A stretch of 35,314 bases of DNA from Nemertoderma westbladi (GCA_032718475.1 JAUCBJ010005319.1:1-35314), one strand, 5' to 3'; numbered from the stretch's first letter, positions 1 to 12,599 are shown. Translations and numbers: made by a program. The notes: generated by a model from the letters alone, not told the origin.

Positions 1-66
1 AGACCATATACGGCGTGCCATAAATAGTAATTATTCTCGTTTCGTTATTCCTATTGTTTGTTTTAG

Positions 67-543
67 ATTCACGCGAAGCCGGTTGACGGGCCGTTGTTGC
101 AGGACGAGTCCGTATTAAACACCAGTCCTCCGGCTCCAGGTAGTGCCTTCTTCAATGTTAAAACTGAACCACTAGCAGCGCTGCCGTTAGCAACACTGTC
201 TACGGTTCCCCCAGCAACGGTTCCCTTATCAACGCTTCCCCTAGCAACGCTTCCCCTTGCGACGCTTCCCTTAACAACGCTTCCCCTTGCGACGCTTCCC
301 TTAACAACGCTTCCCCACGCAACGGTTCCCCTGCCAACCGCTCCGGTCACCCAGGAGAGCCCCTCGTATGGCGGCTTCGGGACCCACTTCACCTTCCCGT
401 TGGTCGCCTACGACTGCAGTACGCCCCCCGGCGGCGGGGCCGTTCATACCGTCAGCGGGTTCCGGCCTCCGTCTGTCCTCGGATGGGACGCCTCCTACTC
501 CCCGCTGAGTCCCTTCACTCCCGGACGTCGCAACCCGCACCAG
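67..543 (+). CDS. Probable internal coding exon of an unidentified Pro/Thr/Leu-rich low-complexity protein (IHAKPVDGPLLQDE...PGRRNPHQ)
   Basis: Pyrimidine-rich acceptor ttgtttgttttag ends at 66 and donor CAG|gttagt starts at 544. The 477-nt phase 0-0 segment is open and GC-rich against AT-rich flanks. It contains a 15-bp repeat encoding TLPL(A/T). No recognisable domain. Confidence 0.6.
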
Positions 544-790
544 GTTAGTTGACGGGAACTACCGGATGCACAGCACTCCTTACTGCACTGACAGACCGGG
601 CCCGGACGCCGGACCCGGACATACAGAGGAGTTTCGGTTCGGGACATATTAACAATAGGCACTATACATATTACAGCTGCTACTGCTGATACACACTACT
701 ACTGCTGTATTGAAATTGCACATTGAGATGCTATTCTAGCTTAACAAAAATATTTGGCACTACCATGCAATCTACAATTGGAAAGCGTAA

Positions 791-1286
791 GGGGGCGTTC
801 ATAAAGTATGTCACGCAATTTTTTCCCATTTTTGACCCCCCCCCCCCCCCTCCTCTGTCACATTAGACAATCTGTAATACCCCCCCCCCCCGCCCCGACA
901 AAATATGTTTTATTGTAATAATACACAAGTTTGTTATGCCAAAATACAATATAAATTCAATCACTATAATCTACATTTTCCCGCGGGCAAGTCAAGTGTT
1001 CTTATTCTATATTAATAACAGGTATTACAGTGTTGGAGTCAATGGCTTCTATGTCCTACTCAATTTATCGATTATACTCAATGTTATTGAGTTTATTGTT
1101 TTCCTTAAAGTTACCCACTCTTCTACACATGTGTGAAAGTCAAAGCCAAGCTAACATTAAAGCATAGAACATCGCCGTGACCGTCACAAAAGTCGACACC
1201 CCCCTCCCCCCTCTGTCACAAAATGTCACGCAAGCTCTAACCCCCCCCTCCCCCCCTAGTGCGTGACATACTTTATGAACGCCCCC
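791..1286. mobile_element. PIF/Harbinger (Tourist-like) MITE, 496 bp
   Basis: Perfect 27-bp TIRs GGGGGCGTTCATAAAGTATGTCACGCA (791-817 and 1260-1286), with TAA on both sides (788-790, 1287-1289). A 3-bp TWA TSD is characteristic of PIF/Harbinger. Non-coding interior. Confidence 0.9.
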
Positions 1287-1289
1287 TAA

Positions 1290-2005
1290 TGCAGCGTGCA
1301 TTTGAATGCTATGCCGGCTTATCAACAAAATTGCGCCGCCACAACTCCCTATCACCCATGACATTTGCGTGATGATCCGCATCTTCAAGGCCAGTGTCCT
1401 TTAAGATGCGAATCCCATATAATGAAAGTATGCTGAACATACGTGAGCGAGAGACTGAATCAAAGGCCTTGAAGAAGTCAACAAAGATAACAGCCAGATG
1501 CCTGTCTTTCTTTTTTGATAACTCTTCAATTATCCTTCTAAGTGCCAAAATGGGCTCCATGGTCCCACGACCTTTACGGAACCCAAACCCATTCTGATTT
1601 CCACGGAGCAGTCTCTCAATGGGATCCCTGATGCGATTTAATAGAATTCTATTGTATAGCTTTGCAGCAATCGAGATCAATGAGATTCCCTGAAAAGAAC
1701 CATAGAGTGTTAGGTTGCCCTTCTTGGGAACTGGCACCAACTTATTTGTTTTCATTTCTTGTGGGACTCTTGTTGTTCGGTACATGTCTACTATGATGGG
1801 ATAGATGAGCTTTAAACACTCAGGTATTTTAAAGACCTCAGGGGGAACACCATCCACTCCACTGGCACGATTGGTCTTAATGCTCTTTGCAGCAGTCTTC
1901 ACTTCTGCAAAGGAGATATCGCCAATGGGAATATCTGGGAGTACAGACTCAGACACTTTTACTTCTATAAAGTTATCGGGCAATACCCTGTCTTGCAGAG
2001 GAGTT
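1290..2005 (-). mobile_element. RTE-clade LINE fragment, 5'-truncated and internally deleted (copy 1)
   Basis: ORF 1309-1983 has N-terminal RT motifs (ASGVDGVPPE, PVPKKGNL, GISLISIAAKLYNRILLNRI, QNGF, FVDFFKAFDSV) fused directly to the C-terminus RILKDTGL...DRELWR. Near-identical to 24274-24866 plus 25800-25906. Confidence 0.92.
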
Positions 2006-2148
2006 AAATCTCATATTTTCGAATTTTCATTCTTCATATTATTTCACGTTTTTTAAATCAACCAGACTGTGAGTGTATAAAGTAATTTTGTTTAATAGTG
2101 AATATATAACAACTATATTATCATTAAATATTTTGTAATTATTTTCAG

Positions 2149-2307
2149 GTCATTCAACTTAGTGGGCAACCTTTGTTAACGCCTCGGTTTCTAGGGCCAA
2201 TAAGTACTGCCAGCCAATCACACGGCAGTGTTCCTGCACAAACTGTGGTCCAACCTCAAAACACGGTCCCTAGCACGGACCAATCAGAGTGCTCCTCACA
2301 GCTGTAA
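2149..2307 (+). CDS. Probable next (possibly terminal) coding exon of the same unidentified gene (VIQLSGQPLLTPRFLGP...SECSSQL*)
   Basis: Acceptor attttcag ends at 2148. The frame is open in phase 0, matching the 543 donor, up to TAA at 2305-2307, which overlaps a possible donor CT|gtaagt at 2304. AATAAA at 2376-2381. Confidence 0.5.
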   Translation, partial: VIQLSGQPLLTPRFLGPISTASQSHGSVPAQTVVQPQNTVPSTDQSECSSQL

Positions 2308-2562
2308 GTCTGCATTTCAACTGAGTCTGCGTTCCATAATGCATAAACTTATATCGCCGAGTCTCGCACTAAATTAATAAATTATTTGGATTTATAATCC
2401 TATACATAGTAATGTTGTTTGGTAATGAGGTTTAATACTTGTGCTACGTATTTTTTTTTAATTCATGCATAAAGTATTGTATTAAAATTGGTTGACAAAC
2501 CAACGTAGAGGTGCACAGGATAGACAGGGGTGCACCGGATACCAGACAAAGGTGCATCGGAT

Positions 2563-3978
2563 GCATATTTCCAATTGGGGTGCCGTTTCAGTCTATGTAA
2601 GTATTTCTGGGTTTCTAATTGGCTGTCTCTTCAATAAGCTCACCTCATTGGCTAACACTCTCCCTTAGCCAAACAAAAGGTGTTTCGGTGCAGCCCAATT
2701 GCCAGAAGGGGTGTCGCTTGGGGGGAATCACTTTTATTACTTATAAATTTTACTTAGACCTGCCTATGTATACTCCTTCCGTAATAAACAGGTAAATCAC
2801 AATTATATTGTCATATTCACTAATGTTTGGTGTTATTTGTTACCACACCATTTGTATTGGGTTTATTTAATTAACAAATACTACTTACTGGGACCATATC
2901 TATAATATATTAATTCACAATAATATTTGCGCGAGCCACGTACAGTAGTAGCCGGAGCATTTGTAATCTGACAGTGTTGGGAGGGGGGGGGGGGGGGGGG
3001 TCAATAAAGGGAAATACTTTAGTCATTAGATTTTGACGCCTTTAACTTAATAACTACTGGGTTTGATTTAAATCTTAAAGTTTGTAATATTTAGACATTA
3101 AATACGATCAAAATATGGGATTTTAGCCACCGCTAGCGGGTGAAATGTCTTACAGTACAAGTTTTCAGTCGGTTCAAAACCCTGGGAATATAAAAACAAT
3201 TCACATTATTCGTTTACAAAAGATTTCAAATAATTTTTTAATGTTACTGTATACTTTCTAAATGTTATTACTAAATTGTTCTAAATGTTACTGATTGGTA
3301 CAAACCTACCTGTACAGGTAGTCAACTTGCTTATTCAGTTATTAGGCCTATACAGTACTGTAGTATACATGTCAATGTCAGTGAGTAGGCCGACGGACAG
3401 TATACAGTGCAGCAGTGACAACCAGACGTAGTCTTATTTAAAAACAATAGGACTATCACTGCTAGAGCTGCCTCTATCAGTCTTACAGTCTTAAGGTCAG
3501 AAGGGTCTACAGTACCTACAACTGACCACGCATTGAAGCTCACAATCCGCTTACCCCAGACCTACCTATTTTTACCTGTTACCATAGTACTGACCTATTG
3601 CCAATTATTGACCTATAGCCTACAGCCTGTAGGCTAGGTCAATAATTGGTAAAAAAAAATATTCAAAGCTAAAGCCCTCTGACAGCCTGAGCTCATCACT
3701 ATCTGCCCGTAGGCTACAGGCAAATACTAGCATATACTGATGAGCTCGGGATATCAGGAGCTTTTGCTTTGAATATTTCTATCTGTCAGTACAGCAGTAC
3801 CGGTACTCACTCAGACAGTTTCCCCAAGCGACATCCCTTTTGGCAATTGGGCTGAACCGACACACCTTTTCGCTATGGGAAAGTGTTAGCCAATGAGGTG
3901 AGCTTATTGAAGGAACATCCAATTAGAACCCCAGAAATACTTCCATAGGCTGAAACGACACCCCAATTGATAATATGC
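2563..3978. mobile_element. Non-autonomous long-TIR DNA transposon, Mutator/MULE-like, 1416 bp
   Basis: About 160-bp imperfect inverted repeats (2563-2727 vs 3820-3978; for example ttcaataagctcacctcattggctaacact and agtgttagccaatgaggtgagcttattgaa). A 9-bp duplication gcatcggat (2554-2562) / gcaccggat (3979-3987) breaks the register of the host satellite. No transposase ORF. Confidence 0.75.
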
Positions 3979-5795
3979 GCACCGGATACCAGACACGGGT
4001 GCACCGGATAGACAAGGGTGCACCGGATACCAGACAAAGGTGCACCGGATACCAGACACGGGTGCACCGGATACCAGACAAAGGTGCACCGGATACCAGA
4101 CACGGGTGCACCGGATAGACAAGGGTGCACCGGATACCAGACAAAAGTGCACCGGATACCAGACAAGGGTGCACCTGATAGACAAGGGTGCACCGGATAC
4201 CAGAAAAAGGTGCACCGGATACCAGACAAGGGTGCACCGGATAGACAAGGGTGCACCGGATACCAGATAAGGGTGCTCCGGATAGACAAGGGTGCACCGG
4301 ATACCAGACAAAGGTGCACCGGATACCAGACAAGGGTGCACCGGATACCAGACAGAGGTGCACCGGATACCAGACAAGAGTGCACCGGATAGAGAAGGGT
4401 GCATCGGATACCAGATAAGGGTGCACCGGATAGACAAGGGTGCACCGGATACCAGACAAAGGTGCACCGGATACCAGACAAGGGTGCACCGCATAGACAA
4501 GGGTGCACCGGATAGACAAGGGTGCACCGGATACCAGACAAGGGTGCACCGGATACCAGACAAAGGTGCACCGGATAGACAAGGGTGCACCGGATACCAG
4601 ACAAAGGTGCACCGGATACCAGACAAGGGTGCACCGGATACCAGACAAAGGTGCACCGGATACCAGACAAGAGTGCACCGGATAGACAAGGGTGCACCGG
4701 ATACCAGATAAGGGTGCACCGGATAGACAAGGGTGCACCGGATACCAGACAACGGTGCACCGGATACCAGACAAGGGAGCACCGCATAGACAAGGGTGCA
4801 CCGGATAGACAAGGGTGCACCGGATACCAGACAAGGGTGCACCGGATAGACAAGGGTGCACCGGATACCAGACAAGGGTGCACCGGATACCAGACAAGGG
4901 TGCACCGGATAGACAAGGGTGCACCGGATACCAGATAAGAGTGCACCGGATAGACAAGGGTGCACCGGATACCAGACAAGGGTGCACCGCATAGACAAGG
5001 GTGCACCGGATAGACAAGGGTGCACCGGATACCAGACAAGGGTGCACCGGATAGACAAGGGTGCACCGGATAGACAAGGGTGCACCGGATACCAGACAAG
5101 GGTGCACCGGATACCAGACAAGGGTGCACCGGATACCAGATAAGAGTGCACCGGATAGACAAGGGTGCACCGGATACCAGACAAGGGTGCACCGCATAGA
5201 CAAGGGTGCACCGGATAGACAAGGGTGCACCGGATACCAGACAAGGGTGCACCGGATAGACAAGGGTGCACCGGATAGACAAGGGTGCACCGGATACCAG
5301 ACAATGGTGCACCGGATACCAGACAAGGGTGCACCGGATAGACAAGGGTGCACCGGATACCAGACAAGGGTGCACCGGATAGACAAGGGTGCACCGGATA
5401 GACAAGGGTGCACCGGATACCAGACAAGGGTGCACCGGATACCAGACAAGGGAGCACCGCATAGACAAGGGTGCACCGGATAGACAAGGGTGCACCGGAT
5501 AGACAAGGGTGCACCGGATAGACAAGGGTGCACCGGATACCAGACAAGGGTGCACCGGATACCAGACAAGGGTGCACCGGATAGACAAGGGTGCACCGGA
5601 TACCAGATAAGAGTGCACCGGATAGACAAGGGTGCACCGGATACCAGACAAGGGTGCACCGCATAGACAAGGGTGCACCGGATAGACAAGGGTGCACCGG
5701 ATACCAGACAAGGGTGCACCGGATACCAGACAAGGGTGCACCGGATAGACAAGGGTGCACCGGATACCAGACAAAGGTGCACCGGATACCAGATA
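3979..5795. repeat. Minisatellite of intermixed 19-bp (GCACCGGATAGACAAGGGT) and 22-bp (GCACCGGATACCAGACAAGGGT) units; first units lie at about 2510-2562
   Basis: Directly visible tandem units, about 85-90 copies in irregular 19/22 order. Confidence 0.98.
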
Positions 5796-7599
5796 AAATT
5801 TTACCGCATATCCGACCGAACGGGCATTTCATTTCACAATTTTCAAGATAAGTGGGAAGATGAACAATAAGACATATCATGACCCACTATAGATATATAG
5901 TAGTATTATCTATAGTAGGTCCTGGACATATTTCATTATATAAAAGTTACTCGGATGATACGACAGATATTAAAAGTGCTATCCTGGGCACCGCTGTACC
6001 CCTGCCTATGGTATAATGGGGTCCAATCGTAACATATAATTAGTATTTTAGTAACTATAACTAACTATTGAACAGCCAGTAATAGATACGTAGTTAGAAG
6101 CTTAGAACGTTATATACAACCAAATTACAATGTAGTTAGTCCCCTTTTGAAGTACAACAATAGGTATTCCCATAATATGAATGGTTTTGTTTGTAAATAT
6201 ACGACCGCCAAGATTTATTGAACTGCTACAAATTCCTCATCATCGTAGCGAATCTGTTTCTATAATGCTGTTAGTTTGGCCATAAATTATTACGAAGGTC
6301 GTCTACTTTTTCTGGACAACTCCGTATGTACCACACCTCCGGCTTTCATGTGACACCAAAATTGTAAAATTATCCCGGTCATTGAAAATTTATTCAAACT
6401 AAAAACCTTTTCGGAATATCGAGTTATGCTATGCATGTTGTTTAGTCTTTGGTTAGTCTTTAATTCTATAATTAAATTTTTATTTTGTTCTGTCTACTAC
6501 TAGATGTATTTGTTCGTTGTAAACAGATGTTATTGTACTTTGGTGTGACCAGCACAGCGCACAGACTCTGCGACGATATGTCGTCCACAGAGTCTGTAGT
6601 TTGTCACTTTGATTTGCGATACGTACACATCTATCAGCACATCAACCCAATGTACCCTACTGTACGTGCGACTTATGTTTCCTTTATTTATTGTGTTGAT
6701 GTTGAATATTTTTAACGATATTTATTTATATGGATTTAATTTCGCACAGTTTATATCGCAGTGCGACATTATTACTGATTATGTCGGAGTCTCTACGCCA
6801 TACATTTACGATGTATGTCCAGTACAGTCCAGTATGTCACCGCGTCATACCTAAATATAGACATAACTTCGTTTGAATGCACACTGCATCATTATACAAC
6901 ACGAAACGAAATGAGTGTGATTCGAACCAACACCCCTCCGTTCTCACTAACTTGTTATCCACTTCACTACTTTGGGACGAGGTAAAGAAATGTTTATAAT
7001 TAGCATGGCATCGTTACAAGATTGTTCTAGAAAATTTAAGTGCATAGTTGCAAATAAATACAATTAGATTCGCCATTCAGTCATAATTAGCACTTTAAAT
7101 CATTTAGTTTAAATTGATCACATTTTCGCCCAAATATGCCCCAAACTATAACTATTACTGTGATAGTTTAAAAAATGGTAAAATCCGTAATACCGATAAA
7201 TATAATTTGTGGTTAATTAGACCTTATAAATTATTATAACTTTCTAGTGAGTACGTAACTTAGTAACTAGACTAAAACAAACATCAATAAAGATCATAAA
7301 TTTTAAATTGTTTGTTTCATTTTTTGGTGAACGAGAAACTGAAATATAATTTGATATACATCAATCGTTATCAGAAATGGACAGAAACTAGATTTAGGTC
7401 AGCTGTTAGCAATAATGTTCCACAGAAAGTTTATTTTTCAAACTTTTCAACTTAATCATATATTTTCAGCAAAAAGTTTTTATTGAACATTTTTTTGTCA
7501 TTCATATATAATTGATCACAAAATTGACTCTATGGAGAATATTTAGTATCATTCAGCAATAGTTATTTACTAATTTAGAAGGGGTCAGATCAAGAAATA

Positions 7600-8358
7600 G
7601 GTTTGGTGCGCGAAAAAGTTGTTGGGCTATAAACAATTAAATAAGGTGTAAGAAGGCGCCCTGAATCGAGTGGGGGGGTCAAAATGGCGGGTAAAGTAAG
7701 CCCGGGAAGCCAATTTTGAAAATCGGCTGTGATTGGCTGCTACAGTTGACGTCACTACGCAGTGCTCTGATAATTTCTTACATTGGTTTCTATGGAGGAT
7801 GATTTTAGATCCATTAAAATACACATTTAATTTCAATTATTTCATACATGGCATATATCAATTGAAAGTTTGTGCGTCTTTTAACACTACAATTACTTAA
7901 ATTCATGAACATTAACATTGATAAAATACTGTTTGCAATTTTGCAAACTCGGTAAATTGCCTACCCAGTATGCAAGCACTCACCAACTCCTGCCTAGCCA
8001 CCTATTGCATTGCAGTATCAGAGTAGGCCTATTGCTGTATTGTTGCTTAAGTTCATTAAGTTAAGTAAAACCTACCGCTGTACCACTCTTACGGTACCGC
8101 TGACCGGTACACATTTCAACTTAATGAACCTAAGCTGCAATAGACCAATACTCCGATACTGCAATGAAATAGGTGGATATGGCTGAGTGGTTCAGTACTA
8201 CTTGCATACCGGTCAGGCAATCTGCGAGTTTAGAATTGTGAATTGATTAATTTAATCAATATTCACACCATGAATTTAATTAATTGTGGTGTCAAAAGAC
8301 GCGCAAGACTCTCCGCTTTCATTTGATATAAGCATGCTATTTTTTCGCGCACAAACCC
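7600..8358. mobile_element. Palindromic MITE-like element flanked by TA
   Basis: Imperfect terminal repeats ta|GGTTTGGTGCGCGAAAAA and TTTTTCGCGCACAAACCC|ta. The interior 7846-8337 is a long degenerate palindrome (gcgtcttttaacactacaatta / taattgtggtgtcaaaagacgc; ccacctattgcattgcagtatc / gatactgcaatgaaataggtgg). Confidence 0.65.
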
Positions 8359-8521
8359 TATTTAATATTTATTATTTTATTGCGTATTTTGCTCCTTATA
8401 ATGGAATACATAAATATTGCAAATTTGAAATCCAAGATAATATTATATTCAATTAAATAATTATTGCGTCAAGTCGATGGGTAACGACGTAGTTTTTAAT
8501 TTTGGTATACTGAATTGGTTT

Positions 8522-8586
8522 ATATTTATTGTAATGCAATGAGGTCAATACAGGCAGTATTGACCTCATTGCATTACAATAAATAT
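8522..8586. repeat. Perfect 30-bp inverted repeat with 5-nt loop
   Basis: atatttattgtaatgcaatgaggtcaatac (8522-8551), loop aggca, then gtattgacctcattgcattacaataaatat (8557-8586). Confidence 0.95.
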
Positions 8587-8974
8587 CACGATAAAACGAT
8601 AAAAAACTCGTATCTGAAAAGTTAAAACAGCTTTTTATAAATTCCCCATTTTGATTTGAAGGAACAATTAAATAACTTGTGTTATTATTAATATCGATTT
8701 AGTTTATATTAAAATGGAAATTTTATGTAATTATTTTTTATTTTATTGGAATATGTTAAAACCAAAGGAGTCACATTGTGTATAAAAATTATATTGAAAG
8801 TATTGAAATTAGGCGCATTTGTTTTCATAACTGTACTATAATAGAGTTAGTACATTCCTAATAATACATATAATAATTGTATTCTTACTAACAACAGCCT
8901 TAACTTGGTTTAGATTTATATGTTCCCCTTGGATGTTTTAATTTATTCTTAATGTTTTTATCAACACAAATAAA

Positions 8975-10634
8975 CATTTTTATTATTAAACTATTAGCCG
9001 ATATGTTCATTAATAATATTCATTTTTATTATTAAACTATTAGCCGATATGTTCAGTAATAATATTCATTTTTATTATTAAACTATTAGCCGATATGTTC
9101 AGTAATAATATTCATTTTTATTATTAAACTATTAGCCGATATGTTCAGTAATAATATTCATTTTTATTATTAAACTATTAGCCGATATGTTCATTAATAA
9201 TATTCATTTTTATTATTAAACTATTAGCCGATATGTTCAGTAATAATATTCATTTTTATTATTAAACTATTAGCCGATATGTTCATTAATAATATTCATT
9301 TTTATTATTAAACTATTAGCCGATATGTTCAGTAATAATATTCATTTTTATTATTAAACTATTAGCCGATATGTTCATTAATAATATTCATTTTTATTAT
9401 TAAACTATTAGCCGATATGTTCTGTAATAATATTCATTTTTATTATTAAACTATTAGCCGATATGTTCATTAATAATATTCATTTTTATTATTAAACTAT
9501 TAGCCGATATGTTCAGTAATAATATTCATTTTTATTATTAAACTATTAGCCGATATGTTAAATAATATTCATTTTTATTATTAAACTATTAGCCGATATG
9601 TTCATTAATAATATTCATTTTTATTATTAAACTATTAGCCGATATGTTCAGTAATAATATTCATTTTTATTATTAAACTATTAGCCGATATGTTCATTAA
9701 TAATATTCATTTTTATTATTAAACTATTAGCCGATATGTTCAGTAATAATATTCATTTTTATTATTAAACTATTAGCCGATATGTTCATTAATAATATTC
9801 ATTTTTATTATTAAACTATTAGCCGATATGTTCAGTAATAATATTCATTTTTATTATTAAACTATTAGCCGATATGTTCATTAATAATATTCATTTTTAT
9901 TATTAAACTATTAGCCGATATGTTCAGTAATAATATTCATTTTTATTATTAAACTATTAGCCGATATGTTCAGTAATAATATTCATTTTTATTATTAAAC
10001 TATTAGCCGATATGTTCAGTAATAATATTCATTTTTATTATTAAACTATTAGCCGATATGTTCAGTAATAATATTCATTTTTATTATTAAACTATTAGCC
10101 GATATGTTCAGTAATAATATTCATTTTTATTATTAAACTATTAGCCGATATGTTCAGTAATAATATTCATTTTTATTATTAAACTATTAGCCGATATGTT
10201 AAGTAATATTCATTTTTATTATTAAACTATTAGCCGATATGTTCAGTAATAATATTCATTTTTATTATTAAACTATTAGCCGATATGTTTAGTAATAATA
10301 TTCATTTTTATTATTAAACTATTAGCCGATATGTTCAGTAATAATATTCATTTTTATTATTAAACTATTAGCCGATATGTTCAGTAATAATATTCATTTT
10401 TATTATTAAACTATTAGCCGATATGTTCAGTAATAATATTCATTTTTATTATTAAACTATTAGCCGATATGTTCAGTAATAATATTCATTTTTATTATTA
10501 AACTATTAGCCGATTTGTTCAGTAATAATATTCATTTTTATTATTAAACTATTAGCCGATATGTTCAGTAATAATATTCATTTTTATTATTAAACTATAT
10601 ATATATATATATGTTCAGTAATAATATTCATTTT
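8975..10634. repeat. AT-rich 46-bp minisatellite (CATTTTTATTATTAAACTATTAGCCGATATGTTCAKTAATAATATT), about 36 copies
   Basis: Period 46 (for example 9021 and 9067). Nearly invariant apart from a G/T site and two shortened units. A (TA)n run interrupts the last unit. Confidence 0.98.
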
Positions 10635-11109
10635 GTAACGGTAATTGTTTTGCTGGTAAACATTAATTATTCAGTTTAACTTAAGTTTGTCGCGTTTCTT
10701 TCTAATTACAATAATTAATGTTTATTTTCTGTCTTTGTGATTGTAAAAATATTTTACCCCCATAAAATAATAGTGTTAGGGATTTAACTTTTAGTTTGTG
10801 CAGTTTTGTTAATTGTCGCTATTTTACAGCGTATTGTCTGTTTGGGTAAATAAATACCATTGTGCTATGCGTTTTTGGTGCTGTTGTTATTGTTTCTATA
10901 TATAATTAATACACATGCTACTTGCCATTATTATACTATATGACGTAGTTATGGTATTGAAACCAGTCTCCTTTATAAAAGTAATAGAAGGGGGGTGGGG
11001 GGGGGGGGGGGGTAGTGCTAATGTCGAAAAACGTGCCGCTAATACAACTATCTCATTGGGTTGTTGCCTAATACTTAATCAGGTATTGGTTACAAATATC
11101 GAGGCTTGA

Positions 11110-12385
11110 AAAATATCGCGAGTAAAAATATCGAGATTAAAAATATGGAGATTAAAAATTTCGAGATTAAAAATATGGAGATTAAAAATATCGCGAGTAA
11201 AAATATCGAGAGTAAAAATATCGCGAGTAAAAATATCGAGAGTAAAATTATCGAGAGTAAAAACATCGGGAGTAAAAATATCGAGAGTAAAAACATCGAG
11301 AGTAAAAATATCGATAGTAAAAATATCGCGAGTAAAAATATCGAGAGTAAAATTATCGAGATTAAAAATATGGAGAGTAAAAATATCGCGAGTAAAAATA
11401 TCGAGAGTAAAAATATCGCAAGTAAAAATATCGAGAGTAAAATTATCGAGAGTAAAAACATCGGGAGTAAAAATATCGAGAGTAAAAACATCGAGAGTAA
11501 AAATATCGATAGTAAAAATATCGCGAGTAAAAATATCGAGAGTAAAATTATCGAGATTAAAAATATCGAGAGTAAAAATATCGAGAGTAAAAATATCGAG
11601 AGTAAAATTATCGAGATTAAAAATATGGAGAGTAAAAATATCGCGAGTAAAAATATCGAGAGTAAAAATATCGCAAGTAAAAATATCGAGAGTAAAATTA
11701 TCGAGAGTAAAAACATCGGGAGTAAAAATATCGAGAGTAAAAACATCGAGAGTAAAAATATCGATAGTAAAAATATCGCGAGTAAAAATATCGAGAGTAA
11801 AATTATCGAGATTAAAAATATGGAGAGTAAAAATATCGAGAGTAAAAATATCGAGAGTAAAAACATCGAGAGTCAAAATATCGAGAGTAAAAATATCGAG
11901 AGTAAAAATATCGATAGTAAAAATATCGCGAGTAAAATTATCGAGAGTAAAATTATCGAGAGTAAAAATATCGAGAGTAAAAATATCGAGAGTAAAATTA
12001 TCGAGATTAAAAATATGGAGAGTGAAAATATCGCGAGTAAAAATATCGAGAGTAAAAATATCGCAAGTAAAAATATCGAGAGTAAAATTATCGAGAGTAA
12101 AAACATCGGGAGTAAAAATATCGAGAGTAAAAACATCGAGAGTAAAAATATCGATAGTAAAAATATCGCGAGTAAAAATATCGAGAGTAAAATTATCGAG
12201 ATTAAAAATATGGAGAGTAAAAATATCGAGAGTAAAAATATCGAGAGTAAAAACATCGAGAGTCAAAATATCGAGAGTAAAAATATCGAGAGTAAAAATA
12301 TCGATAGTAAAAATATCGCGAGTAAAATTATCGAGAGTAAAATTATCGAGAGTAAAAATATCGCAAGTAAAAATGTCGAGTTTAA
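11110..12385. repeat. 15-bp minisatellite (AAAAATATCGAGAGT)n, about 85 copies; expanded left arm of the element above
   Basis: Exact 15-bp periodicity with higher-order block duplication (rare variant agtcaaaata at 11871 and 12261, 390 bp = 26 units apart). Confidence 0.98.
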
Positions 12386-12599
12386 AAGTATTGTGAGCAT
12401 TATTTTTAGAATTATGGCACAATATTGCAGTGCATGCTGTATAACAGTTGAAGTGCAAACCATTGTTTATTTTAGTTTCTACTGTATGGTTCTATAGTTT
12501 CCTTGAATATTCATTGGTAGCGAGTGTTTTTACAAAAAAAATATTTATTTTAATTTCTATTGTAGGCCTACTAGCTAATTTATTCGTTGGAAGCCAGTG

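Noticed and set aside
3873-5880. Three 600+ aa minus-strand ORFs and many plus-strand ORFs
   Set aside because: All three frames are open and cycle through the same peptides because 19/22-bp units lack stops on that strand. This is a satellite artefact.
8975-10634. CRISPR-like or other functional array
   Set aside because: Units are contiguous with no unique spacers, there are no cas genes, and the context is eukaryotic. The same applies to every array in the window.
11079-12497. Pentapeptide-repeat-like proteins (DIFTL)n and (KNIES)n
   Set aside because: A 15-bp unit is open in several frames on both strands, and inverted copies at 13862-13943 show it is TIR structure.
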